From the NCBI GenBank assembly GCA_007693855.1, contig RECU01000091.1:1955-65954 (forward strand): 64,000 nt of DNA, given 5' to 3'. This DNA comes from Gammaproteobacteria bacterium. GTDB taxonomy: Bacteria > Pseudomonadota > Gammaproteobacteria > Steroidobacterales > PWYM01. The position numbers were made by a program, and so were the translations under genes. Positions 34,869-44,296 of the stretch are shown here, in pieces. A model generated the notes under the pieces. It saw only the letters and a program-made list of their open reading frames with translations. It was not told the DNA's origin and ran no database searches. How positions within the stretch are numbered: the first letter of the stretch is position 1; each line of letters begins with the position of its first letter.

Positions 34869-37394
34869 TCAGTGCACGCTGCCTGCAGCGCTCTGTCGTG
34901 CGGCTGCGCGCTCGACGGCTGAAGGCTTGTCCGTCGCGCCCTGCGGCCCCGGCCGACTGGCGGGACGGGTGCCGAGCGCAGCGGGCGGGAAGTCATCGAC
35001 GCCGATCAGTTCCAGTACCTTGCGGTCGAACTCGCGGACCCGCGCGGCCTCGTCGGCGGTCAACACCCCGAGGTGCTCCGCCTGATCGATCTGTGAGGGC
35101 ACCTCCTCGGCGGTGATCCGGCCGTCGCGGATGGCGTCGAAGACCTTGCGTTCCAGGTCTCGCACCGAATAGGCCAGCTCCAGGGCCTCCTGCAGCAGGC
35201 CAAGCGGATTGCCCGGCTCGACCGTGTTGTAGATCCCCGAGCACAGCCGATCGCGCGTCTCGCTCGGACTGATGATCAGCTCGACGATGTCCTGGCCAAG
35301 CTCGTCCGCTGGCGAGGAATAGGTGCGTCCGCGCGGGAACACCAGCGCCCTCAGGATCCAGGCAACCCAGCGCACCGGGAAGTTACGCAGGAAGCCATGG
35401 AGCTGCTCCTGCGCGCGATACAGCAGGTGACGGCAGGCCCACTCGACCAGCGGCAGGTCAGCGGCGCGCCGGCCCTGGTTGTCGTAGTGCTTGAGGACCA
35501 TAGAGGCCATGTAGATGCTGGCCAGCACGTCACCGAGCCGCGCGGAAAGCAGTTCCTTGCGCTTCAGCGCGCCGCCCAGGGTCAGCATGGCGGCATCGGC
35601 GGTAAGCGCAAAGGAGGCGCTGTAACGGGTGATGTGCTGATAGTAGCGGCGCACCGGCCCGTGGGCCGGGACATCGGCGAAGCGCGCGATGGTCAGCGCC
35701 ATCACCAGCGACCGGGCGGCGTTGCTGATGGCATAGCCGACGTGGCCGAACAGGGCGCGATCGAAATCCACCAGGCCCTGCTCGGCGTCGGGGTTGGACG
35801 CCGCCTGCATCTCGTCGAACACCCATGGATGACAGCGGATCGCCCCCTGACCGAAGATGATCAGACAGCGGGTCAGGATGTTCGCGCCTTCGACCGTGAT
35901 GCCGATCGGGACGCCCTGATAGCCGCGCCCGAGATAATTCTTCGGGCCCATCATGATGCCCTTGCCACCATGGACGTCCATGGCGTCATTGGCGATCTGA
36001 CGCGCCATTTCGGTGTTGTGATACTTGAGGATCGCCCCCGGCACCGAGGGTTTCTCGCCACGGTCGATGGCGCCGGCGGTGACCTCGGTATTGGCGTTCA
36101 GGATGTAGGTCATCCCTGCCATTCGGGCGATGGCCTCACCCACGCCGTGGAACTTGCCGACCGGCAGGCCGAACTGGCGGCGAATGCGCGAATAGGCGCC
36201 CGAGGCATACACCGCGGCGCGGGCGCCGCCCATGGCCGAGGCCGGCAGGGTGATGGCGCGCCCCACGGAGAGCTGCTCGACCAGCATCTTCCAGCCCTGG
36301 CCAGCCATTTTCGGCCCACCGATGATGGCATCAAGCGGCACGAACACGTCATGACCCTGGGTCGGCCCGTTCTGGAAGGGGACGTTGAGGGGGAAATGCC
36401 GGCGGCCGATGGTGATGCCTGGCGTGTGTGCGGGTACCAGTGCGGCGGTAATGCCGTACTCGTCGCTGTCGCCGATCAGGTGATCGGGATCATACAGCTT
36501 GAAGGCCAAGCCGATGACCGTGGCGACCGGGGCCAGCGTGATGTAGCGCTTGTCCCAGTTCAGCCGCACGCCGATCACCTCTTCGCCCTGCCACTCGCCG
36601 CGGCAGACGACGCCGGTGTCGGTGATCGCCGTGGCATCCGAGCCGACGCGCACGGAGGTCAGCGCGAAACAGGGGATTTCCTCGCCGGACGCCAGGCGCG
36701 GCAGGTAAAAATCCTTCTGTGCGTCGGTGCCGTAGTGCAGCAGCAGTTCCGCCGGCCCGAGCGAGTTCGGTACGCCGACCGTCGAGCCGAGCACCATGCT
36801 GCGGCTGGAGAGCTTGGCGAGCACCATGGCGTTGGCCAGGGCGGAGAACTCGAGGCCACCATACTTCTTCGGGATGATCATCGCGAAGAAGCGCTTCTCT
36901 ATCAGGTAATCCCAGGCCTCTTTCGGCAGGTCCGCAAGCTCGTGGGTGACCTGCCAGTCGTCGACCATACGGCAGACCTCCTCGACCGGGCCGTCCAGGA
37001 AGGCCTGTTCCTCCTCGGTGAGCCGTGGCGCGGGCTGGTCGACGAGTTTTTCCCAGCGCGGGTTGCCCGAGAACAGCTCGCCTTCCCACCAGACCGTGCC
37101 GGCTTCCAGGGCCTCGCGCTCGGTACGCGACATCTGCGGCAGCATGCGACGGTAAATCTCGAGCAGGCGGCGCGTCACGTGTTCGCGCCGCTGATCCTCG
37201 AAGTTGAGAAAGACCATGCCGCCGAACAGGACCCAGAGGACCAGCGTCCACAGGACACCGCCGGTGCCGAATACAGTGTAGGCCAGCAGCGTCGCGCCGA
37301 TGACGATGGTCGAGGACCGCAGATCCACCCGGTTATAGGCCAGGGTGGTGGCGACAATGACGAAGGCGAACAGCCAGAAAAGACTGTAAAGCAT
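34869..37394 (-). CDS. fadE: large membrane-anchored acyl-CoA dehydrogenase
   Basis: In ORF 34869..37448. ATG at 37394 gives MLYSLFWLFAFVIV... (TM helices) followed by ACAD domains. About 840 aa, like E. coli FadE. Confidence 0.9.
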   Translation of the reverse strand: MLYSLFWLFAFVIVATTLAYNRVDLRSSTIVIGATLLAYTVFGTGGVLWTLVLWVLFGGMVFLNFEDQRREHVTRRLLEIYRRMLPQMSRTEREALEAGTVWWEGELFSGNPRWEKLVDQPAPRLTEEEQAFLDGPVEEVCRMVDDWQVTHELADLPKEAWDYLIEKRFFAMIIPKKYGGLEFSALANAMVLAKLSSRSMVLGSTVGVPNSLGPAELLLHYGTDAQKDFYLPRLASGEEIPCFALTSVRVGSDATAITDTGVVCRGEWQGEEVIGVRLNWDKRYITLAPVATVIGLAFKLYDPDHLIGDSDEYGITAALVPAHTPGITIGRRHFPLNVPFQNGPTQGHDVFVPLDAIIGGPKMAGQGWKMLVEQLSVGRAITLPASAMGGARAAVYASGAYSRIRRQFGLPVGKFHGVGEAIARMAGMTYILNANTEVTAGAIDRGEKPSVPGAILKYHNTEMARQIANDAMDVHGGKGIMMGPKNYLGRGYQGVPIGITVEGANILTRCLIIFGQGAIRCHPWVFDEMQAASNPDAEQGLVDFDRALFGHVGYAISNAARSLVMALTIARFADVPAHGPVRRYYQHITRYSASFALTADAAMLTLGGALKRKELLSARLGDVLASIYMASMVLKHYDNQGRRAADLPLVEWACRHLLYRAQEQLHGFLRNFPVRWVAWILRALVFPRGRTYSSPADELGQDIVELIISPSETRDRLCSGIYNTVEPGNPLGLLQEALELAYSVRDLERKVFDAIRDGRITAEEVPSQIDQAEHLGVLTADEAARVREFDRKVLELIGVDDFPPAALGTRPASRPGPQGATDKPSAVERAAARQSAAGSVH

Positions 37395-37504
37395 GGGATT
37401 CCCCGCGGAATTCAGAGGGCGCCAGTGTACGTCAGGACCGCGGGGCAAGCATCCCGAGTGACCGCCTGCAGGATACCTTGCGGCGCCTGCAGACGGTCGG
37501 GAGC

Positions 37505-38482
37505 TCAGAGCAGGTGGGCCACGCCCTCGCGTTCCTCGCGCAGTTCGGCGTCGGTGGCCGCCATCTTGGTGCGGCTGAACTCGTCGATCTCCAGTCCCTG
37601 CACGATCTCGTAGCCGCCGTCTCGGCAGATCACGGGGTAGGAGTAGACCACGCCCTCGGCGATGCCGTAGCTGCCATCAGAGGCCACTGCCATGCTCACC
37701 CAGTCACCCTCGGGCGTGCCCAGCACCCAGTCGTGGATGTGGTCGATGGCGGCCGAGGCGGCCGAGGCTGCCGACGAGGCGCCGCGGGCCTTGATGATGG
37801 CCGCCCCGCGCTGCTGCACGGTGGGGATGAATTCGTCGCGATACCAGGTTTGCTCGACCAGGCTGGTGGCGGGTTTGCCGGCCACCGTCGCCTGCGAGAT
37901 GTCGGGGTACTGCGTGGCTGAATGGTTGCCCCAGATGGTCAGCCGGCGGATGTCCTGGGCATGGCTGCCAGTCTTGGCGGCGAGCTGGGCCAGCGCACGG
38001 TTGTGGTCGAGCCGGGTCATGGCGGTGAAGTTTCGCGGGTCGATGTCCGGTGCGTTCTCGCGGGCGATCAGCGCGTTGGTGTTGGCGGGATTGCCCACCA
38101 CCAGGACCCGTACGTCGCGGCTCGCCCTGGCGTTCAGGGCCTTGCCCTGGGCGGAGAAGATCTTGGCGTTCTCGGTCAGCAGGTCCTTGCGCTCCATGCC
38201 CGGGCCGCGCGGCTTGGCGCCGACCAGCAGTGCGACGTCGGCATCCGCGAACGCGACCTCGGGATCGTCGGAGAGCACCAGGCCGGACAGGGTCGGGAAG
38301 GCACAGTCGTCGAGCTCCATGGCCACGCCGGACAGTGCCCCCAGGGCCGGGGTGATTTCCAGCAGCTGCAGGATCACCGGCTGGTCCGCGCCCAGCATCT
38401 GGCCGGAGGCGATACGGAACGCCAGCGAGTAACCGATCTGGCCTGCGGCGCCGGTAATGGCGACTCGGACGGGTTTTTTCAT
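37505..38482 (-). CDS. mdh: malate dehydrogenase
   Basis: 325 aa. [20 protein letters not shown] and IWGNHS motifs of the LDH-like MDH family. Confidence 0.95.
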   Translation of the reverse strand: MKKPVRVAITGAAGQIGYSLAFRIASGQMLGADQPVILQLLEITPALGALSGVAMELDDCAFPTLSGLVLSDDPEVAFADADVALLVGAKPRGPGMERKDLLTENAKIFSAQGKALNARASRDVRVLVVGNPANTNALIARENAPDIDPRNFTAMTRLDHNRALAQLAAKTGSHAQDIRRLTIWGNHSATQYPDISQATVAGKPATSLVEQTWYRDEFIPTVQQRGAAIIKARGASSAASAASAAIDHIHDWVLGTPEGDWVSMAVASDGSYGIAEGVVYSYPVICRDGGYEIVQGLEIDEFSRTKMAATDAELREEREGVAHLL

Positions 38483-38613
38483 GTCGTCTTTCCTTGCAGA
38501 GAGCGTGAGCCGGGTGCCGTGTTGTCCCCACGACGGGCGCGGATTGTATCACCCGGTCGCCGGCCCTGGCGGGGCGCGCGCCAGTCGGGCCTGGCGGTTT
38601 TTCCGCGCGGCGC

Positions 38614-38655
38614 TTGCAATCTGGGGATTTGGTGTTATAGTTGACTACAACACCA
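38614..38655 (+). promoter_or_regulatory. sigma70-like promoter overlapped by a 12-bp-arm inverted repeat (candidate YtrA-type GntR operator)
   Basis: TTGCAA (38614-38619), 16 nt spacer, TATAGT (38636-38641). Inverted repeat TGGTGTTATAGT (38630-38641) / ACTACAACACCA (38644-38655), 11/12 complementary with a 2-nt spacer. TGACTACA recurs at 38681-38688. Confidence 0.5.
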
Positions 38656-38698
38656 GTTCAGATAACCCCGATCGCAACAGTGACTACAGGAGAATGAC

Positions 38699-39106
38699 AT
38701 GAACACCCGCACTCTTCCGCACGTTCCCCGTCCCCTGCGTGCTGCGCTGTTCGCCGCGCTGGCGGCGGCCGCGGCCCTGATGCTCGTGACCGGTGGCCCG
38801 GCCCATGCGGCCGGACCGATGGCCGCACATGCCGAGCCGGCCAGGATTGCTGCCGAATACGCGGCGTTGCGCGCCGATACACTCGCGCGGCTGGAGATCG
38901 AGCCGGCCGAGATGCCGCTGGCAGGTGACCTCGTGACCCACGCGCTCACGGGTAACCTCCTGGCCAGCGCCGGACATCTCTCGCGCCTCGAGACGCGTGA
39001 CAGTCTCGCGAGTGCGGTAGTCTTACGCGAGCGCGAGATCGTGCTGGCCGCACCTGCCGGCCGCCCGGGCACCGTGGATGCAGCGGCAACCTGGGTGACG
39101 CTCTGA
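38699..39106 (+). CDS. secreted hypothetical protein
   Basis: 135 aa. AGGAG precedes the ATG. Signal peptide ...LMLVTGGPAHAAGP. First gene of the GntR/ABC operon. Confidence 0.55.
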   Translation: MNTRTLPHVPRPLRAALFAALAAAAALMLVTGGPAHAAGPMAAHAEPARIAAEYAALRADTLARLEIEPAEMPLAGDLVTHALTGNLLASAGHLSRLETRDSLASAVVLREREIVLAAPAGRPGTVDAAATWVTL

Positions 39107-39141
39107 CACTCGCGCCCGCCTGCGCAAGGACAAGGTGACGG

Positions 39142-39510
39142 ATGGACCCCGAGTGGAATGACCAACAGCCGATCTACCGGCAGCTGCGCGACAGGGTGGT
39201 CGCCATGCTGCTGGAAGGGGTGCTCAGCGAGGGCGACGCGCTGCCATCGGTGCGCAACGTCGCCGCTGAGTACCGCGTCAACCCGCTCACGGTGCTCAAG
39301 GGCTACCAGGAGCTGGTCGACGAGGGCCTGGTCGAGAAACGCCGCGGGCGTGGGATGTTCGTCATCGAGGGTGCGCGCAAGCGCCTGTTGCGTGCGGAGC
39401 GGGAACGGTTTCTCGCCGAGGAATGGCCCCAGGTGGCGGCCACCATCGAGCGCCTGGGCCTGGATGCCGAGAGCCTGCTCGCCGCTATCGACAAGGAGAA
39501 TTCGCAGTGA
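39142..39510 (+). CDS. GntR family transcriptional regulator, YtrA subfamily
   Basis: 122 aa. PIYRQLRDRVVAMLLEGVLSEGDALPSVRNVAAEYRVNPLTVLKGYQELVDEGLVEKRRGRGMFV and a short C-terminal helical domain. Confidence 0.85.
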   Translation: MDPEWNDQQPIYRQLRDRVVAMLLEGVLSEGDALPSVRNVAAEYRVNPLTVLKGYQELVDEGLVEKRRGRGMFVIEGARKRLLRAERERFLAEEWPQVAATIERLGLDAESLLAAIDKENSQ

Positions 39511-40364
39511 ACGAGCTCGTGCATGCCCGCGGGCTGGTCAAGCGCTATGGCCGCAAGCGGGCGCTGGATGGTTTTGACCTGTCGATCGGCGAGGGCCGCA
39601 TCGTCGGCCTGATCGGTCCGAATGGCGCCGGCAAGACCACGGCACTGAAGGCCCTGCTCGGCCTCACCGCCTACGAGGGCGAGTTGCAGGTGCTGGGGCT
39701 GGATCCGGTGCGCCAGCGAAAGCAGCTGATGCAGGATGTCTGCTTCATCGCCGACGTCGCCGTCCTGCCGCGCTGGCTGCGGGTCAACCAGGCGCTGGAT
39801 TACGTGGCCACAGTGCATCCGCGCTTCCGGCGCGAGCGCGCTGAGGCTTTTCTTGCGACCACTGAAATTCCTGCCCGCGCGAGGGTCAAGACGCTGTCCA
39901 AGGGCATGATCACGCAGCTGCATCTGGCCCTGATCATGGCCATCGATGCCCGACTGCTGGTGCTCGACGAGCCGACGCTCGGACTCGACATCCTGTTCCG
40001 CAAGGCGTTCTACACCACGCTGTTGAACGACTACTTCGACGACCACCGCACCATTCTGGTGACCACCCATCAGGTGGAGGAAATCGAGTACATCCTCACC
40101 GACGTGGTGTTTATCGATCACGGCCGCGCCGTGCTGGCCGAGGCCATGGATACGCTTGGTGAGCGCTACCGTCAGCTGATCCCCCGGCGCGAACACCTGG
40201 AGGCCGCCCGGGCGCTCGGGCCGCTGAGCGAGGAGACGAGTTTCGGCCGTCACGCGCTGATTTTCGAGGATGTCCCGCAGGAACGTCTCGCCCCGCTGGG
40301 CGAGCTGCGGACGCCGTCGATCAGCGACCTGTTCGTCGCCAAGGTCGGGGGGGCGCGCAAATGA
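39507..40364 (+). CDS. ABC transporter ATP-binding protein
   Basis: In ORF 39423..40364. GTG at 39507 (GTGA overlap with the GntR stop) gives VNELVHARGLVKRYG...GPNGAGKTT...LSKGM...LLVLDEPT. Confidence 0.85.
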   Translation: MNELVHARGLVKRYGRKRALDGFDLSIGEGRIVGLIGPNGAGKTTALKALLGLTAYEGELQVLGLDPVRQRKQLMQDVCFIADVAVLPRWLRVNQALDYVATVHPRFRRERAEAFLATTEIPARARVKTLSKGMITQLHLALIMAIDARLLVLDEPTLGLDILFRKAFYTTLLNDYFDDHRTILVTTHQVEEIEYILTDVVFIDHGRAVLAEAMDTLGERYRQLIPRREHLEAARALGPLSEETSFGRHALIFEDVPQERLAPLGELRTPSISDLFVAKVGGARK

Positions 40365-41296
40365 GTGCTGTCATGACTTTCCTGATGTTGCTGCGACGCG
40401 AGACCTGGGAGCATCGGGCCATCGTGCTCGCCCCCGCCATCGTGGCTGGCCTCACCACGCTGCTGATGCTCGCCGGGCTGGTGCAGGGGCGTGGTCTGAG
40501 CCGGGACGGCGCCGGACTGTATCTTGTCCAGGGCCTCGGCCTGATGTCGCCCGAACGGCGCGAGGCTTCGCTGACCGTGCTGCTGACCGGTGTGGTGCCG
40601 CTGTTCCTGCTGACGATGGTGATCGTCATCCTGTTTTATGCCGTCGATGCGCTGTACTCGGAGCGACGCGACCGCAGCATCCTGTTCTGGAAGTCGTTGC
40701 CGGTGACAGACCTCGCCACCGTGCTCTCCAAGCTGTGCACGGCGCTCCTGATCATCCCGTTGGTCACCCTGGTATTCATTGGGCTGACCCAGGTCCTCAC
40801 CCTGCTGCTCGCGACCCTGATGGTCTGGGGTGCGGAGGGGGACGCCTGGTCGCTGGTCTGGCGGCCGGCGCCACTGATGAGTCTGTGGACCCTCGCGTTG
40901 TACTTCATGGTTGCCGCTGCGGTGTGGTGCGCCCCGCTGATCGGCTGGTTGCTGCTGGCCTCGGCGTGGGCCCGTAAGGCCCCCCTGCTGTGGGCGACCT
41001 TGCCGGTGGTGATCGGTGGTCAGCTGGAACTCCTGGCCTTCGGTACGACCGCGGTCTACAGTCTGGTCGCAGACCGGGTGATCGGGGTGTTCCGGGTGGC
41101 CTTCCGGCCTGACATCAAGACCCTGATGCAGGTCGACGGTGACGGCGAGCTCCAGGCCGTGGCCACGGATCGCCTGCTCGCGCTGATCGACCTCCCGGGA
41201 CTGCTCACCGCCCCCGGATTGTGGCTCGGGCTGGCGGTGGCGGCGGTTTTCGTGATGTTGGCGATCTGGCTCAGGCGCTACCGCGACGAGGGTTGA
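40361..41296 (+). CDS. ABC-2-like multi-pass membrane protein (transporter permease candidate)
   Basis: 311 aa, at least 6 hydrophobic helices, ATGA overlap with the ATPase gene. Confidence 0.7.
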   Translation: MSAVMTFLMLLRRETWEHRAIVLAPAIVAGLTTLLMLAGLVQGRGLSRDGAGLYLVQGLGLMSPERREASLTVLLTGVVPLFLLTMVIVILFYAVDALYSERRDRSILFWKSLPVTDLATVLSKLCTALLIIPLVTLVFIGLTQVLTLLLATLMVWGAEGDAWSLVWRPAPLMSLWTLALYFMVAAAVWCAPLIGWLLLASAWARKAPLLWATLPVVIGGQLELLAFGTTAVYSLVADRVIGVFRVAFRPDIKTLMQVDGDGELQAVATDRLLALIDLPGLLTAPGLWLGLAVAAVFVMLAIWLRRYRDEG

Positions 41297-42783
41297 GTCG
41301 TGTCCTCCAGGGCCAGGTGGGTTGCCAGGCGCGCGCGAAAGCGCGCCCGCCTTGCGGCCAGCGCGGCGGCAGGACGCGGCATGAAGCATGTCTCCGGCGT
41401 TGTGGGTGGGCAGGCGGTACCCGTCAGCAGATAGGCCAGGCCCGCTGCGGTGGCCTCTGTCTCGCCGGGACGGACCACCGGGAGGCCGGACAGGTCAGCC
41501 AGCCGCTGACACAGCCCGTCCAGCCGGGACAGCCCGCCACTGACGACGATCCGGCCTGCCGGGCCGAGCGCGCGGTCCATCGTGTCCATGTTCTCCAGCA
41601 GCAGGAACACGATGCTCTCCAGTACCGCCACCGTACAGGCCGCGATGCTCGCAACTGTACGTCCATCCTCGGCGTCGCCCTCAAAGAGCACCGGACAGTT
41701 CGGCGCCCAGTAGGGCGCGCCCAGACCACCCACCCCGTTGATGAACAGCGGGGGGGCGCGCTCATGCTGCAGCCAGGTTTCCGCGTGGGCAATGAGCTGG
41801 GCGGTCTCGGTGTCGCGCGAGCAGGCCAGCCAGTCCAGCGCGGCGCCGGCACCGTTGACTGTGCCCTCCAGTACATCGAGCCGGCCGGACTCATCCTGCC
41901 AGGTAACACTTGTCAGGATGCCGGGCGGCGGGGACGTCGGTGCCGTGTTCGCCGGGCGTTGCACGAAGGCCCCGGTGCCGAGGTTCATGTAACAGCTGTC
42001 TGGTCGCGGCCAGCCGTGGGCGAACAGTGCCGCCGACTGGTCACCGGTACACACGGTCAGCGGTACGCTTGCACCCGCCAGCGGCAGCGTGCCGAAGAGG
42101 TGGCGACTGGGTACGGTGGTCGGCAGCGCCGTCTGCGGAATCCCGAACTGCGCGAGCAGCGGTGCCGACCAGTCCCCGCGCTGGAGATCCCAGAGCAGGG
42201 TGCGCGCGGCGTTGGCGGGATCGACCTTGCAGGGATACCCGACGAGCAGCCGGGCCAGCAGGAAACTTGCGATCGGGCCCATGCACAGGTTTCCCTGCCC
42301 CTGTGCGGCGCGCACTTCGGGCAGATGATCCAGGCACCAGCGCAGTTTGCTGGCGCCGTAGTGGGCGCTCGGCACCAGGCCGGTGATACGGCGCAGGGTG
42401 TCAGGGTCCGGGGCCAGCGCGGCGAGCCAGTCCGCTGCGCGGCGGTCCTGCCAGGACAGCATCGGCCCGAGCGCTACGCCATCGCTGCGCCGCCAGCAGG
42501 CGATGCTGGAACGTTGGGTTGCCAGCGCAGCGGCGACGAGCCGCGACGCGTGGACGCCGCTCTCGGCCAGTGCGCCGCTGATCGCCTGCTGCAGCGCTGC
42601 GATGATCTCGTCGGGCGACTGCTCGACCCGTACGCCGTCGGCATGGGTGCCGACTGGCACCAGGCAGCGGCCGAGCAGGCGGCCGTGGGTATCGGCGATC
42701 AGTGCGCGGCAGGCGTGGGATCCCTGGTCGAGCAGCAGCGTGCAGGCGTCGGTCGCAAGGGGGCTGAGGGAGGGTTTGGCCAT
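41278..42783 (-). CDS. FGGY family carbohydrate kinase
   Basis: 501 aa. LLLDQGSHACRA N-terminal sugar-kinase motif and C-terminal ...IVVSGGLSRLDGLCQRLADLSGLPV. Confidence 0.8.
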   Translation of the reverse strand: MAKPSLSPLATDACTLLLDQGSHACRALIADTHGRLLGRCLVPVGTHADGVRVEQSPDEIIAALQQAISGALAESGVHASRLVAAALATQRSSIACWRRSDGVALGPMLSWQDRRAADWLAALAPDPDTLRRITGLVPSAHYGASKLRWCLDHLPEVRAAQGQGNLCMGPIASFLLARLLVGYPCKVDPANAARTLLWDLQRGDWSAPLLAQFGIPQTALPTTVPSRHLFGTLPLAGASVPLTVCTGDQSAALFAHGWPRPDSCYMNLGTGAFVQRPANTAPTSPPPGILTSVTWQDESGRLDVLEGTVNGAGAALDWLACSRDTETAQLIAHAETWLQHERAPPLFINGVGGLGAPYWAPNCPVLFEGDAEDGRTVASIAACTVAVLESIVFLLLENMDTMDRALGPAGRIVVSGGLSRLDGLCQRLADLSGLPVVRPGETEATAAGLAYLLTGTACPPTTPETCFMPRPAAALAARRARFRARLATHLALEDTTQPSSR

Positions 42784-42844
42784 GCCTGGAGCATAGCGGT
42801 GATTACTGATGGAGTCGTCCCCGGGCTGCCGCTAAGGTGGCGGC

Positions 42845-43453
42845 ATGAATACGGTTTTCGTCATCGCGGCACTGGCGTTATGCATCGGCCTGGCGGTTGT
42901 GCTGCTGGCGGGCGCGGAGCGGTTGCTGGCCAGTACGGCCGGGAAACTGGTGCTGCTCGCGGGGATTGGTGTGCTGCCGCTGGCCGTCTCGGTCGGCGGC
43001 CTGACCGCGGGGGTGGTCAGCTCGAGCCAGACCTCGTTCTGTCTCAGCTGCCACGAAATGACGCCGTATGGCCAGAGCCTGTTCGTCGACGGGGATTCGC
43101 TGGTCGCGGTGCACTTCCAGGACCGTCTGGTCGATCGTGACTATGCCTGTTATGTGTGTCACAAGGACTACGCCATGTTCGGTGACGTGCGTACCAAGCT
43201 CCACGGGCTGAACCATCTGCTGGTGCATTACTTCGGTGAAGCCTCGGATCCGATCGAGCTCTACGCCCCCTACCCGAATGCGAACTGCCTGCACTGTCAC
43301 GACGACTCCCGACGCTATCTGGACGTCGAGGTGCATGTCAGGTTCGCTGCGGACATGGCCCGTGATGAGCGCTCCTGTCTGGATTGCCACCGCAGCAGCC
43401 ATGATCTTGACGCCGTGCACGCCGGACAGTTCTGGCAGGCCGTGGCGCGATGA
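42845..43453 (+). CDS. NapC/NirT-like membrane-anchored tetraheme cytochrome c
   Basis: 202 aa. AAGGTGG precedes the ATG. Two N-terminal hydrophobic helices. Four CxxCH motifs (CLSCH, CYVCH, CLHCH, CLDCH); FCLSCHEM resembles NapC FCISCHEM. Confidence 0.8.
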   Translation: MNTVFVIAALALCIGLAVVLLAGAERLLASTAGKLVLLAGIGVLPLAVSVGGLTAGVVSSSQTSFCLSCHEMTPYGQSLFVDGDSLVAVHFQDRLVDRDYACYVCHKDYAMFGDVRTKLHGLNHLLVHYFGEASDPIELYAPYPNANCLHCHDDSRRYLDVEVHVRFAADMARDERSCLDCHRSSHDLDAVHAGQFWQAVAR

Positions 43454-43647
43454 GTACGCTGCGCGCAGTCCAGATCGCCCTGGTCCTGTGTATTGCAGGT
43501 CTGGCGGTACAGTTGTTGACCAGCCTGTTCTGGTCGCCGATCAGTTTCATCCTCTTCGCCTCGGTCGGCGTGACGCTGGTGGTGTGCGGTACGCTCGTAT
43601 TTATCTGGACGGTGCTGCGTGAACTGCGCCACACCGGAGCGCTGTAA
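43450..43647 (+). CDS. small two-TM membrane protein
   Basis: 65 aa, ATGA overlap with the cytochrome gene, two clear hydrophobic helices. Confidence 0.55.
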   Translation: MSTLRAVQIALVLCIAGLAVQLLTSLFWSPISFILFASVGVTLVVCGTLVFIWTVLRELRHTGAL

Positions 43648-43655
43648 GGAGGACG

Positions 43656-44156
43656 TTGTCTATGCGGATTCCCTGTCTTGCGTTAACTCTGGTCTTGCTC
43701 ATGCCGCTGGCCGCCTGCGGCGGTCCGCAGGATGAAGAGGCCCGGCGCCACGAGCTGATGGCCCGTGCCGACCTGGTGCCGTCCGATCACGAGAATGCCG
43801 CCGGGCAGACCGACAACGCGGCGACGGAAGCGACATCCGAAGAGGGTGGCGACAGTGAGGTGGTGTTCGCGCCCGAGGTCCACACTCTGCTCGTCGCGCG
43901 CTGCCAGGGGTGCCATGACGGCGGCCGCAATCCTGACAGCGGTTTCCCTGTCCATGGCGATGCCGCGCAGGACTTCGAGACGGCGCGTGCGATGGTCGAT
44001 ACCGATGACCCCGCGGCCAGCCCGTTGTTGGCGGTAAGCGTCGGGGAGGGCCATCCGGCGGGCCCGGTGTTCGACCGCGATTCCGACGACTACGCGACGC
44101 TGCTTGCCTGGGCCGAGGCTGGCGCGCGCTTCGACGAAGGGCGCGCTGCGCCCTGA
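43656..44156 (+). CDS. lipoprotein with a single CxxCH (PSCyt1-like monoheme domain)
   Basis: 166 aa. Lipobox LMPLAAC; VHTLLVARCQGCHDGG heme motif. Confidence 0.65.
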   Translation: MSMRIPCLALTLVLLMPLAACGGPQDEEARRHELMARADLVPSDHENAAGQTDNAATEATSEEGGDSEVVFAPEVHTLLVARCQGCHDGGRNPDSGFPVHGDAAQDFETARAMVDTDDPAASPLLAVSVGEGHPAGPVFDRDSDDYATLLAWAEAGARFDEGRAAP

Positions 44157-44296
44157 GGCGCTGCACGGTCGTGCGGGCAGGACAGCCAGGCAGGCATGGA
44201 TCGGCACGGCACGCCGGGTAGAATCCCCGGAACAACAACAGGCGTCGCCTGTCTCGAGGCAGGCGGCTCGCACGGCATCGTGGGGAGTCAGCACGC

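Noticed and set aside
37441-37500. Possible terminator hairpin downstream of mdh (CTGCAGG ... CCTGCAG)
   Set aside because: The stem is only 7 bp with a 13-nt loop and no following U-tract. CTGCAG is self-complementary, so the pairing is trivial.
35397-37613. 738-aa + strand ORF opposite fadE
   Set aside because: It is a shadow of the fadE gene.
41221-43140. 639-aa + strand ORF spanning the FGGY kinase and the cytochrome start
   Set aside because: It is antisense to the FGGY kinase, and it is out of frame with the SD-preceded cytochrome gene, which carries CxxCH motifs.
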